From positions 112,628-132,627 of IMG/VR virus record IMGVR_UViG_3300034284_002793: a stretch of 20,000 bases of DNA. One strand, given 5' to 3'. Each line of letters opens with the position of its first letter. Position 1 is the first letter of the stretch. The notes under the pieces were generated by a model. That model worked only from the letters and a program-made list of their open reading frames with translations. It was not told the origin of the DNA and did no database searches. Origin of the DNA: an uncultured virus (IMG/VR IMGVR_UViG_3300034284_002793) (taxonomy: Duplodnaviria > Heunggongvirae > Uroviricota > Caudoviricetes). The translations under genes and the position numbers were made by a program. Positions 9,630 through 16,240 of the stretch are shown piece by piece.

Positions 9630-9697
9630 CTGAAATTCAACAACTTGCAGAGCCAGATCGGGCCGCGCGGCGTAACTCCTTGATATTCAAAGACTTA
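9623..9697. repeat. Double-palindrome element, copy 4
   Basis: taactaactgaaattcaacaacttg + 25-nt core + taactccttgatattcaaagactta. Confidence 0.88.
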
Positions 9698-9709
9698 CGC
9701 AAAACGCTA

Positions 9710-9726
9710 CGCAATAGCCATGCCAA
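9710..9726 (-). promoter_or_regulatory. sigma54-like -24/-12 motif facing element 4
   Basis: Minus strand reads TTGGCATGGCTATTGCG, with canonical GG-N10-GC. Confidence 0.6.
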
Positions 9727-9800
9727 GTTGCAGAAAAAAAATTTCACACAATCGCAAAAAAATCCCTTGCATTTTTGCGCGTCCGCGCTATATTGAAATC

Positions 9801-10316
9801 ATGAAAGAGAGAAAATCACTAAACGAAAAGCCTCTGACTTGCCTGTTCGTCGGCGTTACCCTCGCTTTGGTATCAGCAGGAGTTGCCATTTATGGGTTGC
9901 GGTTTGGGTTTGCGTCTATTGCCTTTTTGCTTGTTGCTGCTGCAATCTTAAATATCGCAGCGTGGTTTTTTGCCACCCCTGTCGTCTCTTTCGTTGGCGA
10001 TTTTGTAGGAAAATTTTTTACTGGAAGTCAAAACTTTAGCAAGCCCCAGCCTGCTTACAGCCTGCCAGATGGTCTTGCCGCTACCGGACAAAACGCTTGC
10101 GCTATCCTTGCCTACAATGAACTTGCAAAAAATCATCCCGAAGAAATCTTGCCTCATCTTCGCGTGATGAGAATATGGATTGAAAAAATGAATGACGTTG
10201 ACGCTGCGGTTATGGCTTACAATCTCGCCTTGAAAAAAATTCGCGGACAAAAAAATCGCAACGAGTTTACAAAAATGGCAAAAAATAATTTCAGCAAATT
10301 CATCAGCTTTGAATGA
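9801..10316 (+). CDS. Membrane protein with 2 predicted TM helices and a helical, possibly TPR-like C-terminus (start moved from tracked 9720)
   Basis: TTGCAT(9767)-16-TATATT-6-ATG; two hydrophobic stretches. Confidence 0.75.
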   Translation: MKERKSLNEKPLTCLFVGVTLALVSAGVAIYGLRFGFASIAFLLVAAAILNIAAWFFATPVVSFVGDFVGKFFTGSQNFSKPQPAYSLPDGLAATGQNACAILAYNELAKNHPEEILPHLRVMRIWIEKMNDVDAAVMAYNLALKKIRGQKNRNEFTKMAKNNFSKFISFE

Positions 10317-10383
10317 GTGTCATAGCAATGTCATAAACGCTCGGTCAAACGGGCGTTTTACTTTGCGCGAAACCAATTCTATA

Positions 10384-10458
10384 TAAACCCTTGAAAATCA
10401 ACGACTTACGGCGGCGCGCCCCGCCGCGCGGCGTAACCCATTGCAAATCAACAACTTA
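10384..10458. repeat. Double-palindrome element, copy 5
   Basis: taaacccttgaaaatcaacgactta + cggcggcgcgccccgccgcgcggcg + taacccattgcaaatcaacaactta. Confidence 0.92.
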
Positions 10459-10470
10459 CAACATACATCA

Positions 10471-10487
10471 TTCAGATAGCGTGCCAA
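10471..10487 (-). promoter_or_regulatory. sigma54-like motif facing element 5
   Basis: Minus strand reads TTGGCACGCTATCTGAA. Confidence 0.55.
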
Positions 10488-10569
10488 CTTTGCAGAGGGG
10501 CAAAAAATAAAAAAAATAAAAAACGAAAAAATCCCTTGCGTTTTTGCAGTCCTGTGCTATTCTTTAAGC

Positions 10570-10722
10570 ATGGAAAAGAAAATGACTCAATATGCGGACA
10601 AGCTCAACGCCTTCCGCGCTGGCGAAATCACCGAGGACGAATGGAAAGCGTTCTGTTTTGAGGCTCTCTCCGAGATTCTCGAAGACACGAAAGATGTCCT
10701 CATCAGGCTGAAAAATGCTTGA
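10570..10722 (+). CDS. Hypothetical protein, 50 aa (not in ORF track)
   Basis: TTGCGT(10536)-16-TATTCT-6-ATG; MEKKMTQYADKLNAFRAGEITEDEWKAFC... Confidence 0.7.
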   Translation: MEKKMTQYADKLNAFRAGEITEDEWKAFCFEALSEILEDTKDVLIRLKNA

Positions 10723-10753
10723 CCCAATCGCAACAATCAAACATACTACGACC

Positions 10754-10930
10754 ATGAAACAAACACCACAAAAAGCCCAACTCTGGGCAGTCGGAAACAA
10801 AGTCTATCGCGTCATCCGCAACGAAGGCGACAAGACTCACGTTCATCATCACGGGCAAATGGCCCTGTTCTATACGCGCCATCTGAAAATGGCGACACCT
10901 TCACAAGTTGCAGAATACTTGGGAAAATAG
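10754..10930 (+). CDS. Hypothetical protein, 58 aa
   Basis: TTGACC(10719)-17-CATACT-6-ATG. Confidence 0.7.
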   Translation: MKQTPQKAQLWAVGNKVYRVIRNEGDKTHVHHHGQMALFYTRHLKMATPSQVAEYLGK

Positions 10931-10966
10931 TTTGACAATCACCACAAAACCTAACAGAATAACAAC

Positions 10967-11182
10967 ATGACAAAAAAACAATTCACCGCAATCGCTAACA
11001 TCTTGGGAAAACGCTTGGCCGAAAAAGTCAAAGCACCCATCGGAGAATACGAAGTTGTCGAAGTCCTCGCGTTGGACTTGGCGAAATACTTCTCGACAGA
11101 AAACCCTCGTTTCGACGAAGATCGCTTTCTGGAAGCTGTTTTTACTCACACCCCTAACATCCCTGTGGGATCATATAAATAA
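10967..11182 (+). CDS. Hypothetical phage protein, 71 aa
   Basis: TTGACA(10932)-17-CAGAAT-6-ATG. MTKKQF..IA...NPRFD..RFL.A pattern recalls a common small phage protein. Confidence 0.8.
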   Translation: MTKKQFTAIANILGKRLAEKVKAPIGEYEVVEVLALDLAKYFSTENPRFDEDRFLEAVFTHTPNIPVGSYK

Positions 11183-11186
11183 TCAC

Positions 11187-11366
11187 ATGAAAAAATACAT
11201 CACATTCGACCGCATTGCCTACGCAATGTCCCTCTCCACCTTCATCTTCATCGCCGTGACGCTTTGCGCTGCTTGCGTTGAATTGCAAAACAGAACCAGC
11301 AAGAACCAAAAGCAAATGCAGGAAGAAGTCCGCGCAATGTTTGCCCACATCGAGGCACCTCTATGA
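11187..11366 (+). CDS. Small single-TM protein, 59 aa
   Basis: ATG just after the previous stop; hydrophobic segment; ATGA overlap with the next gene. Confidence 0.65.
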   Translation: MKKYITFDRIAYAMSLSTFIFIAVTLCAACVELQNRTSKNQKQMQEEVRAMFAHIEAPL

Positions 11367-11563
11367 TTACCCCCAATATCCAAAAAGCTCTTGAGTCAAA
11401 CGGAGTTCGTTTCTTTGCAAAAGACTTTCTCATGGAAGGTATGCGGAAAGACTGCGTTGACGCCGTGCATGATGCAAAACTCGTTTACGAATTGCTAAAA
11501 GAACGCATGGAAAAAATGCTTGCAATCGAACCCGAAGACGAATACATTAAAGCCAATGAGTAA
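11363..11563 (+). CDS. Hypothetical protein, 66 aa
   Basis: ATGA-coupled to the upstream ORF. Confidence 0.7.
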   Translation: MITPNIQKALESNGVRFFAKDFLMEGMRKDCVDAVHDAKLVYELLKERMEKMLAIEPEDEYIKANE

Positions 11564-11744
11564 AGACCAAGTCAAAGCCGTGTGCGATTACTCGCATGAT
11601 GTCATAATGAAAATCAAAGCCGTGTTCGGATTCAAAAAGAAAAGTCCTTCGCTTCTTTGTCATAGTCTCGCGCACCTCAACACCGCGACATGGCTTGAGC
11701 GCGCGGTCTGCAACGGCACAATCATGGACTACAAGCCGCGATAA
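11556..11744 (+). CDS. Hypothetical protein, 62 aa
   Basis: TTGCAA(11520)-17-TACATT-7-ATG. Stop lies 2 nt before element 6. Confidence 0.6.
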   Translation: MSKDQVKAVCDYSHDVIMKIKAVFGFKKKSPSLLCHSLAHLNTATWLERAVCNGTIMDYKPR

Positions 11745-11746
11745 CG

Positions 11747-11821
11747 TAAAGCGCTAATAATCAAGCACTTACGGCGGCGCGCCCCGCCGCGCAGCGTAAG
11801 TCGTTGAAAATCAATCACTTA
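11747..11821. repeat. Double-palindrome element, copy 6
   Basis: taaagcgctaataatcaagcactta + cggcggcgcgccccgccgcgcagcg + taagtcgttgaaaatcaatcactta. Confidence 0.92.
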
Positions 11822-11833
11822 GGCAAAAGCACT

Positions 11834-11850
11834 TTCATACAGTGTGCCAA
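11834..11850 (-). promoter_or_regulatory. sigma54-like motif facing element 6
   Basis: Minus strand reads TTGGCACACTGTATGAA. Confidence 0.5.
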
Positions 11851-11933
11851 GTCCGCTGTCAAGTAGAAAAAAAATATTTTTTTAATCGTAAAAAATTCCT
11901 TGCGTTTTTGGCATATTGTGGTATTCTTTAATT

Positions 11934-12173
11934 ATGAAAATCACCAAGCCCGACCTCTACGAAGCCCTCATCCAAGCGCGTGTCGCCTTATCGAAAGACA
12001 TCCGCGAAACTTTGCGCGGTCGCCACCTCTCCTACGTTCAAGACCTCTCGCGGAAATCCATCCGCGAAAAAATCGCGGCCTATCGGTTGCTCTCCAACCT
12101 CTCCACGATCAACGCGGAAAGCTACTCGGACAACCGCTCTCTGCGTCACGTTAAAAAAGCTCTTGCCAAGTAA
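11934..12173 (+). CDS. Basic hypothetical protein, 79 aa
   Basis: TTGCGT(11900)-16-TATTCT-6-ATG. Confidence 0.7.
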   Translation: MKITKPDLYEALIQARVALSKDIRETLRGRHLSYVQDLSRKSIREKIAAYRLLSNLSTINAESYSDNRSLRHVKKALAK

Positions 12174-12198
12174 CGCAATCTCTGACAAAATCACCACC

Positions 12199-12882
12199 AT
12201 GAAACTACTAAGCACCAACAATACCAAAATCAAAAAAGGCGAAAAGCTCGGCTGGCGCACTTACGGCCTTTCACTTTCACCCGCTGGCAAAAGTGGAAAA
12301 CAATTCTGTCCGCATCGCTCGGCTGGCTGTGAGTTTGCTTGTCTCGACACTTCGGGCATGGGCATCTTCTCAAACGTCCAAGACGCACGCCTTGCAAAGT
12401 CGCGTTTCTTCATCGACAACCGCAACGAGTTTCTCGCTCAGTTGCATAAAGAATTGCACAATGCCGAAAAGTGGAGCGCAAAAAATAATACGCCTGTGGC
12501 CGTGCGTCCGAACGTGCTTTCTGATCTGCCTTTCCATAAGCTGATCGACATGGCGCGCTTTCCGTCAATTCAGTTTTACGATTACACGCCGAACCTTCAA
12601 CGCATGATGCAGTTTCTAAACGGCGAGTTGCCTAAAAATTATCACCTGACCTTCTCGCGCAAAGAGGACAATCAGCATCGTGTCCACGCTGTTGTTGCCG
12701 CTGGCGGTAACGTGGCCGCTGTCTTTAGTGAGTTGCCCGAAACCTACCTCGGAAAGCCTGTCATAAACGGCGACGAAAGCGACTTGCGTTTTCTCGACGC
12801 GCAGGGCGTGATCGTTGGACTCAAAGCAAAAGGCAAAGCTCTCAAAGATCAATCTGGCTTTGTGGTGCAAGTTGGCGTATAA
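12199..12882 (+). CDS. GP88-family phage protein (Cys-cluster, possibly Fe-S)
   Basis: CPxxSxGCxxxCL, RPNVLSD, FYDYT, NYHLTFS, GGNVAAVF and GDESDLRFLD motifs recognised by eye. Promoter TTGCCA(12163)-17-CAAAAT. Confidence 0.75.
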   Translation: MKLLSTNNTKIKKGEKLGWRTYGLSLSPAGKSGKQFCPHRSAGCEFACLDTSGMGIFSNVQDARLAKSRFFIDNRNEFLAQLHKELHNAEKWSAKNNTPVAVRPNVLSDLPFHKLIDMARFPSIQFYDYTPNLQRMMQFLNGELPKNYHLTFSRKEDNQHRVHAVVAAGGNVAAVFSELPETYLGKPVINGDESDLRFLDAQGVIVGLKAKGKALKDQSGFVVQVGV

Positions 12883-12953
12883 TGAAAACCTATGGAAATC
12901 ATAATCCTTCTTGCTGGCATTATCGGTGGCGCATTACTAATAAATAAAAAATT

Positions 12954-13112
12954 ATGACACTAAACCTAATCGCACGAAAAAACTTGTTTCGCTTGTCTGA
13001 ATACTTTTTCAGCCTTGCGGTATGGTGGGAACGCGCTGGCGTTATGACACTCCAAAAACTTTTCTTTATGGGGTGGCAAAAATGCCTTGACACACGAGAC
13101 AAATTACGGTGA
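12954..13112 (+). CDS. Hypothetical protein, 52 aa (not in ORF track)
   Basis: MTLNLIARKNLFRLSEYFF...; stop lies 2 nt before element 7. Confidence 0.5.
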   Translation: MTLNLIARKNLFRLSEYFFSLAVWWERAGVMTLQKLFFMGWQKCLDTRDKLR

Positions 13113-13114
13113 CA

Positions 13115-13189
13115 TAACCTACTGAAAATCAACGACTTACGGCGGCGCGCCCCGCCGCGCGGCGTAAGTGCTTGAAAATCAACGACTTA
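13115..13189. repeat. Double-palindrome element, copy 7
   Basis: taacctactgaaaatcaacgactta + cggcggcgcgccccgccgcgcggcg + taagtgcttgaaaatcaacgactta. Confidence 0.92.
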
Positions 13190-13201
13190 TACAAAATGCC
13201 A

Positions 13202-13218
13202 TTCAAGAAGCATGCCAA
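13202..13218 (-). promoter_or_regulatory. sigma54-like motif facing element 7
   Basis: Minus strand reads TTGGCATGCTTCTTGAA. Confidence 0.55.
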
Positions 13219-13319
13219 CTCACAGAAAAAACGCTCGTTTGAATTTTCGTCAACAAAAATACTTTTCAGAATCGCAAAAAATCCATTGCATCGTGCCGTG
13301 CCTGTGCTACTCTTTACCT

Positions 13320-13451
13320 ATGCAAGCGAACACCATCACCGACGACTTCAACACGCAAACCCAAAGCGACGAGTTTGCCTCCGAATTTGAGGCTTGGCTC
13401 GACGCGCAGGAACTGAAATACTGGCAGGAAATCGACGCTCGCGGAAATTAA
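13320..13451 (+). CDS. Acidic peptide, 43 aa, paralogous N-terminus to the 7683 gene
   Basis: TTGCAT(13286)-16-TACTCT-6-ATG; ITDDFNTQTQSDEFA. Confidence 0.7.
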   Translation: MQANTITDDFNTQTQSDEFASEFEAWLDAQELKYWQEIDARGN

Positions 13452-13455
13452 TTTT

Positions 13456-13692
13456 ATGACAAACACAAACCCACTACACGGCTACCTCTCCGACTGCTGC
13501 GGAGCCGAACACGACATCAACGCCGAACACCACATTCTCAACGAGAGTGTGCGTGGAGGATGCTCCGCTTGCGGACACTACTCGGAGTTTTCCCCTGTGG
13601 AGGAAAACGTCCGGCACAATCAACGCATCAGCCTCTCCGCTCTCAATGCGTTCGTGCCAGACGAGTTGAACTCTTACGAGCAGCCGTGGTAA
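13456..13692 (+). CDS. Small zinc-ribbon-like protein
   Basis: SDCCGA...GGCSACGH cysteine pairs. Confidence 0.7.
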   Translation: MTNTNPLHGYLSDCCGAEHDINAEHHILNESVRGGCSACGHYSEFSPVEENVRHNQRISLSALNAFVPDELNSYEQPW

Positions 13693-13735
13693 ATTGTTTG
13701 ACACTCTCAACCCTAACAACTAACATCATCAATCT

Positions 13736-14230
13736 ATGAACAAAGCAAAAGTCCTAATCAGTCCTTACGGAAACGGCATCGCTGTCGGCCTTGAGGGAAA
13801 CAAAGATCAAATCGAACGCGAATATAATCGCTTTTTTAATTGGGGCGCAGCTGGTGCTGGCGCGAATGTCGAACGTGGCAACGGCGACTCTGAAATCCAG
13901 CACGGAGAACTTGGCGACTCTTACCTCCACTATGTCGGAGAAGGGTTTGCCTACTTCCTGTCATCGGAAAAAGATATGCTTCGCGCTATGACATATGAAC
14001 ACTTGACCAAGTGGCAAGATAGCGAAACGTCAGCGCAATATAAAACAAAGCCACGCAATCACAAGAGGGATTCGGGCAAGGTATTCCGCGAACACGCGCA
14101 GATCGCAGCGCAAGACGAATATAATGAAATCGAACGCGAGAACTTCATGCTCTACCAGAAAGCTCCCGCATACATCTTCCGCGAGCTTGATGGCGGCGCG
14201 CCGTCTTGGAGAAGTGAAACGGAGGACTAA
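13736..14230 (+). CDS. Hypothetical protein, 164 aa
   Basis: TTGACA(13698)-17-TAACAT upstream; codon usage matches the region. Confidence 0.8.
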   Translation: MNKAKVLISPYGNGIAVGLEGNKDQIEREYNRFFNWGAAGAGANVERGNGDSEIQHGELGDSYLHYVGEGFAYFLSSEKDMLRAMTYEHLTKWQDSETSAQYKTKPRNHKRDSGKVFREHAQIAAQDEYNEIERENFMLYQKAPAYIFRELDGGAPSWRSETED

Positions 14231-14234
14231 TATA

Positions 14235-14504
14235 ATGAAAAAAATACTTGTCACCGTTAAGCAAATTATAGAAGTCCCAGACTCTTTCAAAATTACAAGT
14301 TTTACAGAGCCAGGAGATGTAGCGTTTGATTATATAAAAATAGGAAAAAAATTAACTGCGCCAGATATAACATGGTTTGACTATGACAAAGTTTCTGGCG
14401 TTGGAAGCGAGAGCGACGAACTCGTTGAGCGTCTCGCCCCTGCAATAGTTGACTACTCCTTGCAAGAATTTTCTTTCGATGAAGATCCTAACGTAAGTTG
14501 TTGA
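14235..14504 (+). CDS. Hypothetical protein, 89 aa, AT-rich codons
   Basis: GGAGG upstream; ATG just after the previous stop; its TGA lies inside element 8. Confidence 0.7.
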   Translation: MKKILVTVKQIIEVPDSFKITSFTEPGDVAFDYIKIGKKLTAPDITWFDYDKVSGVGSESDELVERLAPAIVDYSLQEFSFDEDPNVSC

Positions 14505-14568
14505 AAATCAACGACTTGCGGCCCCGCGCCCCGCGCCCATGTGTAAGTGCTTGATACTGAACAACTTA
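14494..14568. repeat. Double-palindrome element, copy 8
   Basis: taagttgttgaaaatcaacgacttg + 25-nt core + taagtgcttgatactgaacaactta. Confidence 0.9.
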
Positions 14569-14635
14569 TACATAATACCATAACAAGCCCATCTGATAAT
14601 AATAATGCATTTTTATTCATATGATAGTGTTTTAT

Positions 14636-14702
14636 CTATTTAGCTATTTGACTAATAACTATTTCCTATTTATCTATTTCACTTTTAGCTATTTCGCTAT
14701 TT
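14636..14702 (+). repeat. CTATTT direct-repeat array
   Basis: Exact CTATTT at 14636, 14644, 14659, 14666, 14674, 14689 and 14697, with degenerate copies at 14652 and 14682. Confidence 0.8.
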
Positions 14703-14810
14703 GTCGAAGTATTTAAGAAATTTCGACAGGTTTTTTTGTTATGTCGAAAGGATCGACATGAGAGAAAAACATTTGACTGATGTGTAAATTGTGATAGAGT
14801 TGGAGGTAGA

Positions 14811-14884
14811 GGAGTTTTAGCTCAATTGGTTAGAGCGCTGCCCTGTCACGGCAGAGGTTGCGGGTTCGAGCCCCGTAAACTCCG
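14811..14884 (+). tRNA. tRNA-Asp(GTC)
   Basis: Acceptor ggagttt/aaactcc; anticodon arm ctgcc-ctGTCac-ggcag; TTCGA T-loop; no encoded CCA. Promoter TTGACT(14773)-16-TAGAGT. Confidence 0.95.
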
Positions 14885-14892
14885 TTTTTTTT

Positions 14893-14967
14893 GGGAAGGT
14901 AGCTCAAAGGTAGAGCAGCGCCCTTTTAAGGCGTTGGTTCTGGGTTCGATCCCCAGTCTTCCCACCA
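14893..14967 (+). tRNA. tRNA-Lys(TTT)
   Basis: Acceptor gggaagg/tcttccc; gcgcc-ctTTTaa-ggcgt; encoded CCA. Confidence 0.95.
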
Positions 14968-15033
14968 AAAAAATTTCAAAAAATAATCAAAATACCCGTT
15001 GACAAAACCATCAAAAAACCCTATTCTTAAAAC

Positions 15034-15297
15034 ATGAAAGCACTACTAAATAAAGTCAAACTCGCAATCGCTGACTCCAAAATCGGTCAGTTCACCAACC
15101 CTGTGTATCGCTTGAAGTATCGGCCTTACACCGAACAAGGAAACAATGAGGTTTATACCTACTTCGTTTCTCGACCCTTCGACTTGTTCGCTAACGGAAT
15201 CGTGGCTTACTGCTTCGGCAAAGGTGTTCGCAGGTTCCGCTACGATGAAATCGTTGAGCGGGAAGTTGTATCGCTCTTTGGAAAATCTGTGGCGTAA
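15034..15297 (+). CDS. Small WYL-like (Sm/SH3-type barrel) domain protein
   Basis: LKY...VSRPF...IVAYCFGKGVRRFRYDEI matches the WYL RxFRxDRI signature. TTGACA(14999)-17-TATTCT-6-ATG. Confidence 0.6.
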   Translation: MKALLNKVKLAIADSKIGQFTNPVYRLKYRPYTEQGNNEVYTYFVSRPFDLFANGIVAYCFGKGVRRFRYDEIVEREVVSLFGKSVA

Positions 15298-15312
15298 AGC
15301 CACGAATAAACA

Positions 15313-16050
15313 ATCTGCCCGACAATCAATATCGGAAATAAAAGAAGCAAAGTTAACCGGATCTTTGCGGTGGTCGCTTAATGCGAAATATAAAACATCC
15401 GCCGAGGCAGATAAACATTTACAAGTAGCCCGAAAAAATATCGGAAACAAAAGCAGGACAGAATAGCGTCTGTCATCATATACAAAACGCACCGAGGCTT
15501 GAAATATGGGAGTCGCCCCGACCCCAAAGATGTAATGCATGACATCTCGGGGCAACTTTAAATATCTACGAGTTCATACCAGAGGGAACTGGTGCCCACG
15601 CGTAGAGAATAAACTCCCAAACTTTTAGTTCTTTTACATCTTGAGGGCTGACTCCTCCCAGAAGGGGGAGAGCGCGCAGCAGAAAACCAGAGGAATTAAC
15701 CTCCAGCCCACAACTCTCCCAAGCTCTGGCGGATACATCTCCGTTCAACTTGTGAGCTAGTCGTCGAAAGACGATTCGATGTCGGTGCCGCCAGAAGGCA
15801 CGGAGTCATAGGCAGGGAGTTCTGGCCTCCCTGTCAACACTTTCTGTCATAAAAAAAAATCGCCGTGGAGTAACGGTCCACTAGTCAGAACCTACTGATG
15901 AATAAGAGTAAGCTGATCGTGACAGCAATAAAGGGGATGGTCACCACCGACCCGCGAGCGGCTCGCGTTAGCTGGTTAGTGCTGCAAAGCATTAGCCCCC
16001 ATTTGATCCGTAAGGAGACGATGATGGGAAGCATGGCAGCCGACACTTTC
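15313..16050 (+). ncRNA. Candidate large structured ncRNA, or cluster of ncRNAs, upstream of tRNA-Cys
   Basis: No convincing ORF; many nested stems, GNRA tetraloops and complementary loops (see findings). Confidence 0.65.
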
Positions 16051-16121
16051 GCACCTTTAGCCAAGTGGTAAGGCAGGAGTCTGCAACACTCTTATCGCTG
16101 GTTCGAATCCAGCAAGGTGCT
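16051..16121 (+). tRNA. tRNA-Cys(GCA)
   Basis: Acceptor gcacctt/aaggtgc; ggagt-ctGCAac-actct; U discriminator; no CCA. Confidence 0.93.
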
Positions 16122-16187
16122 GATTATCAACGAGTTACAGCTACACGCCCCGCCGCGCCGCGTAAATGCTTGAATATCAACGCTTTA
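16113..16187. repeat. Double-palindrome element, copy 9, overlapping the tRNA-Cys 3' end
   Basis: caaggtgctgattatcaacgagtta + 25-nt core + taaatgcttgaatatcaacgcttta. Confidence 0.85.
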
Positions 16188-16240
16188 TAAAGTATAAATA
16201 TCCAGTTGACAAAATTTTCAAATAGGGCTATTCTTACAGC

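Noticed and set aside
6510..13253. Minus-strand TTGAC (GTCAA on plus) upstream of module promoters at about 6511, 7209, 8155, 11858 and 13249 as divergent sigma70 promoters
   Set aside because: Recurrent, but there was no convincing -10 box at 16-18 bp in the cases checked. It may be part of the upstream promoter architecture.
15895..15930. Hammerhead ribozyme suggested by CTGATGA
   Set aside because: No stem II followed by GAAA and no cleavage-site helix arrangement could be found.
15507..16050. 5S rRNA, tmRNA or RNase P RNA
   Set aside because: It lacks the 5S CCGAAC loop, the tmRNA T-arm and acceptor-like ends, and the RNase P GAGGAAAGUCC motif.
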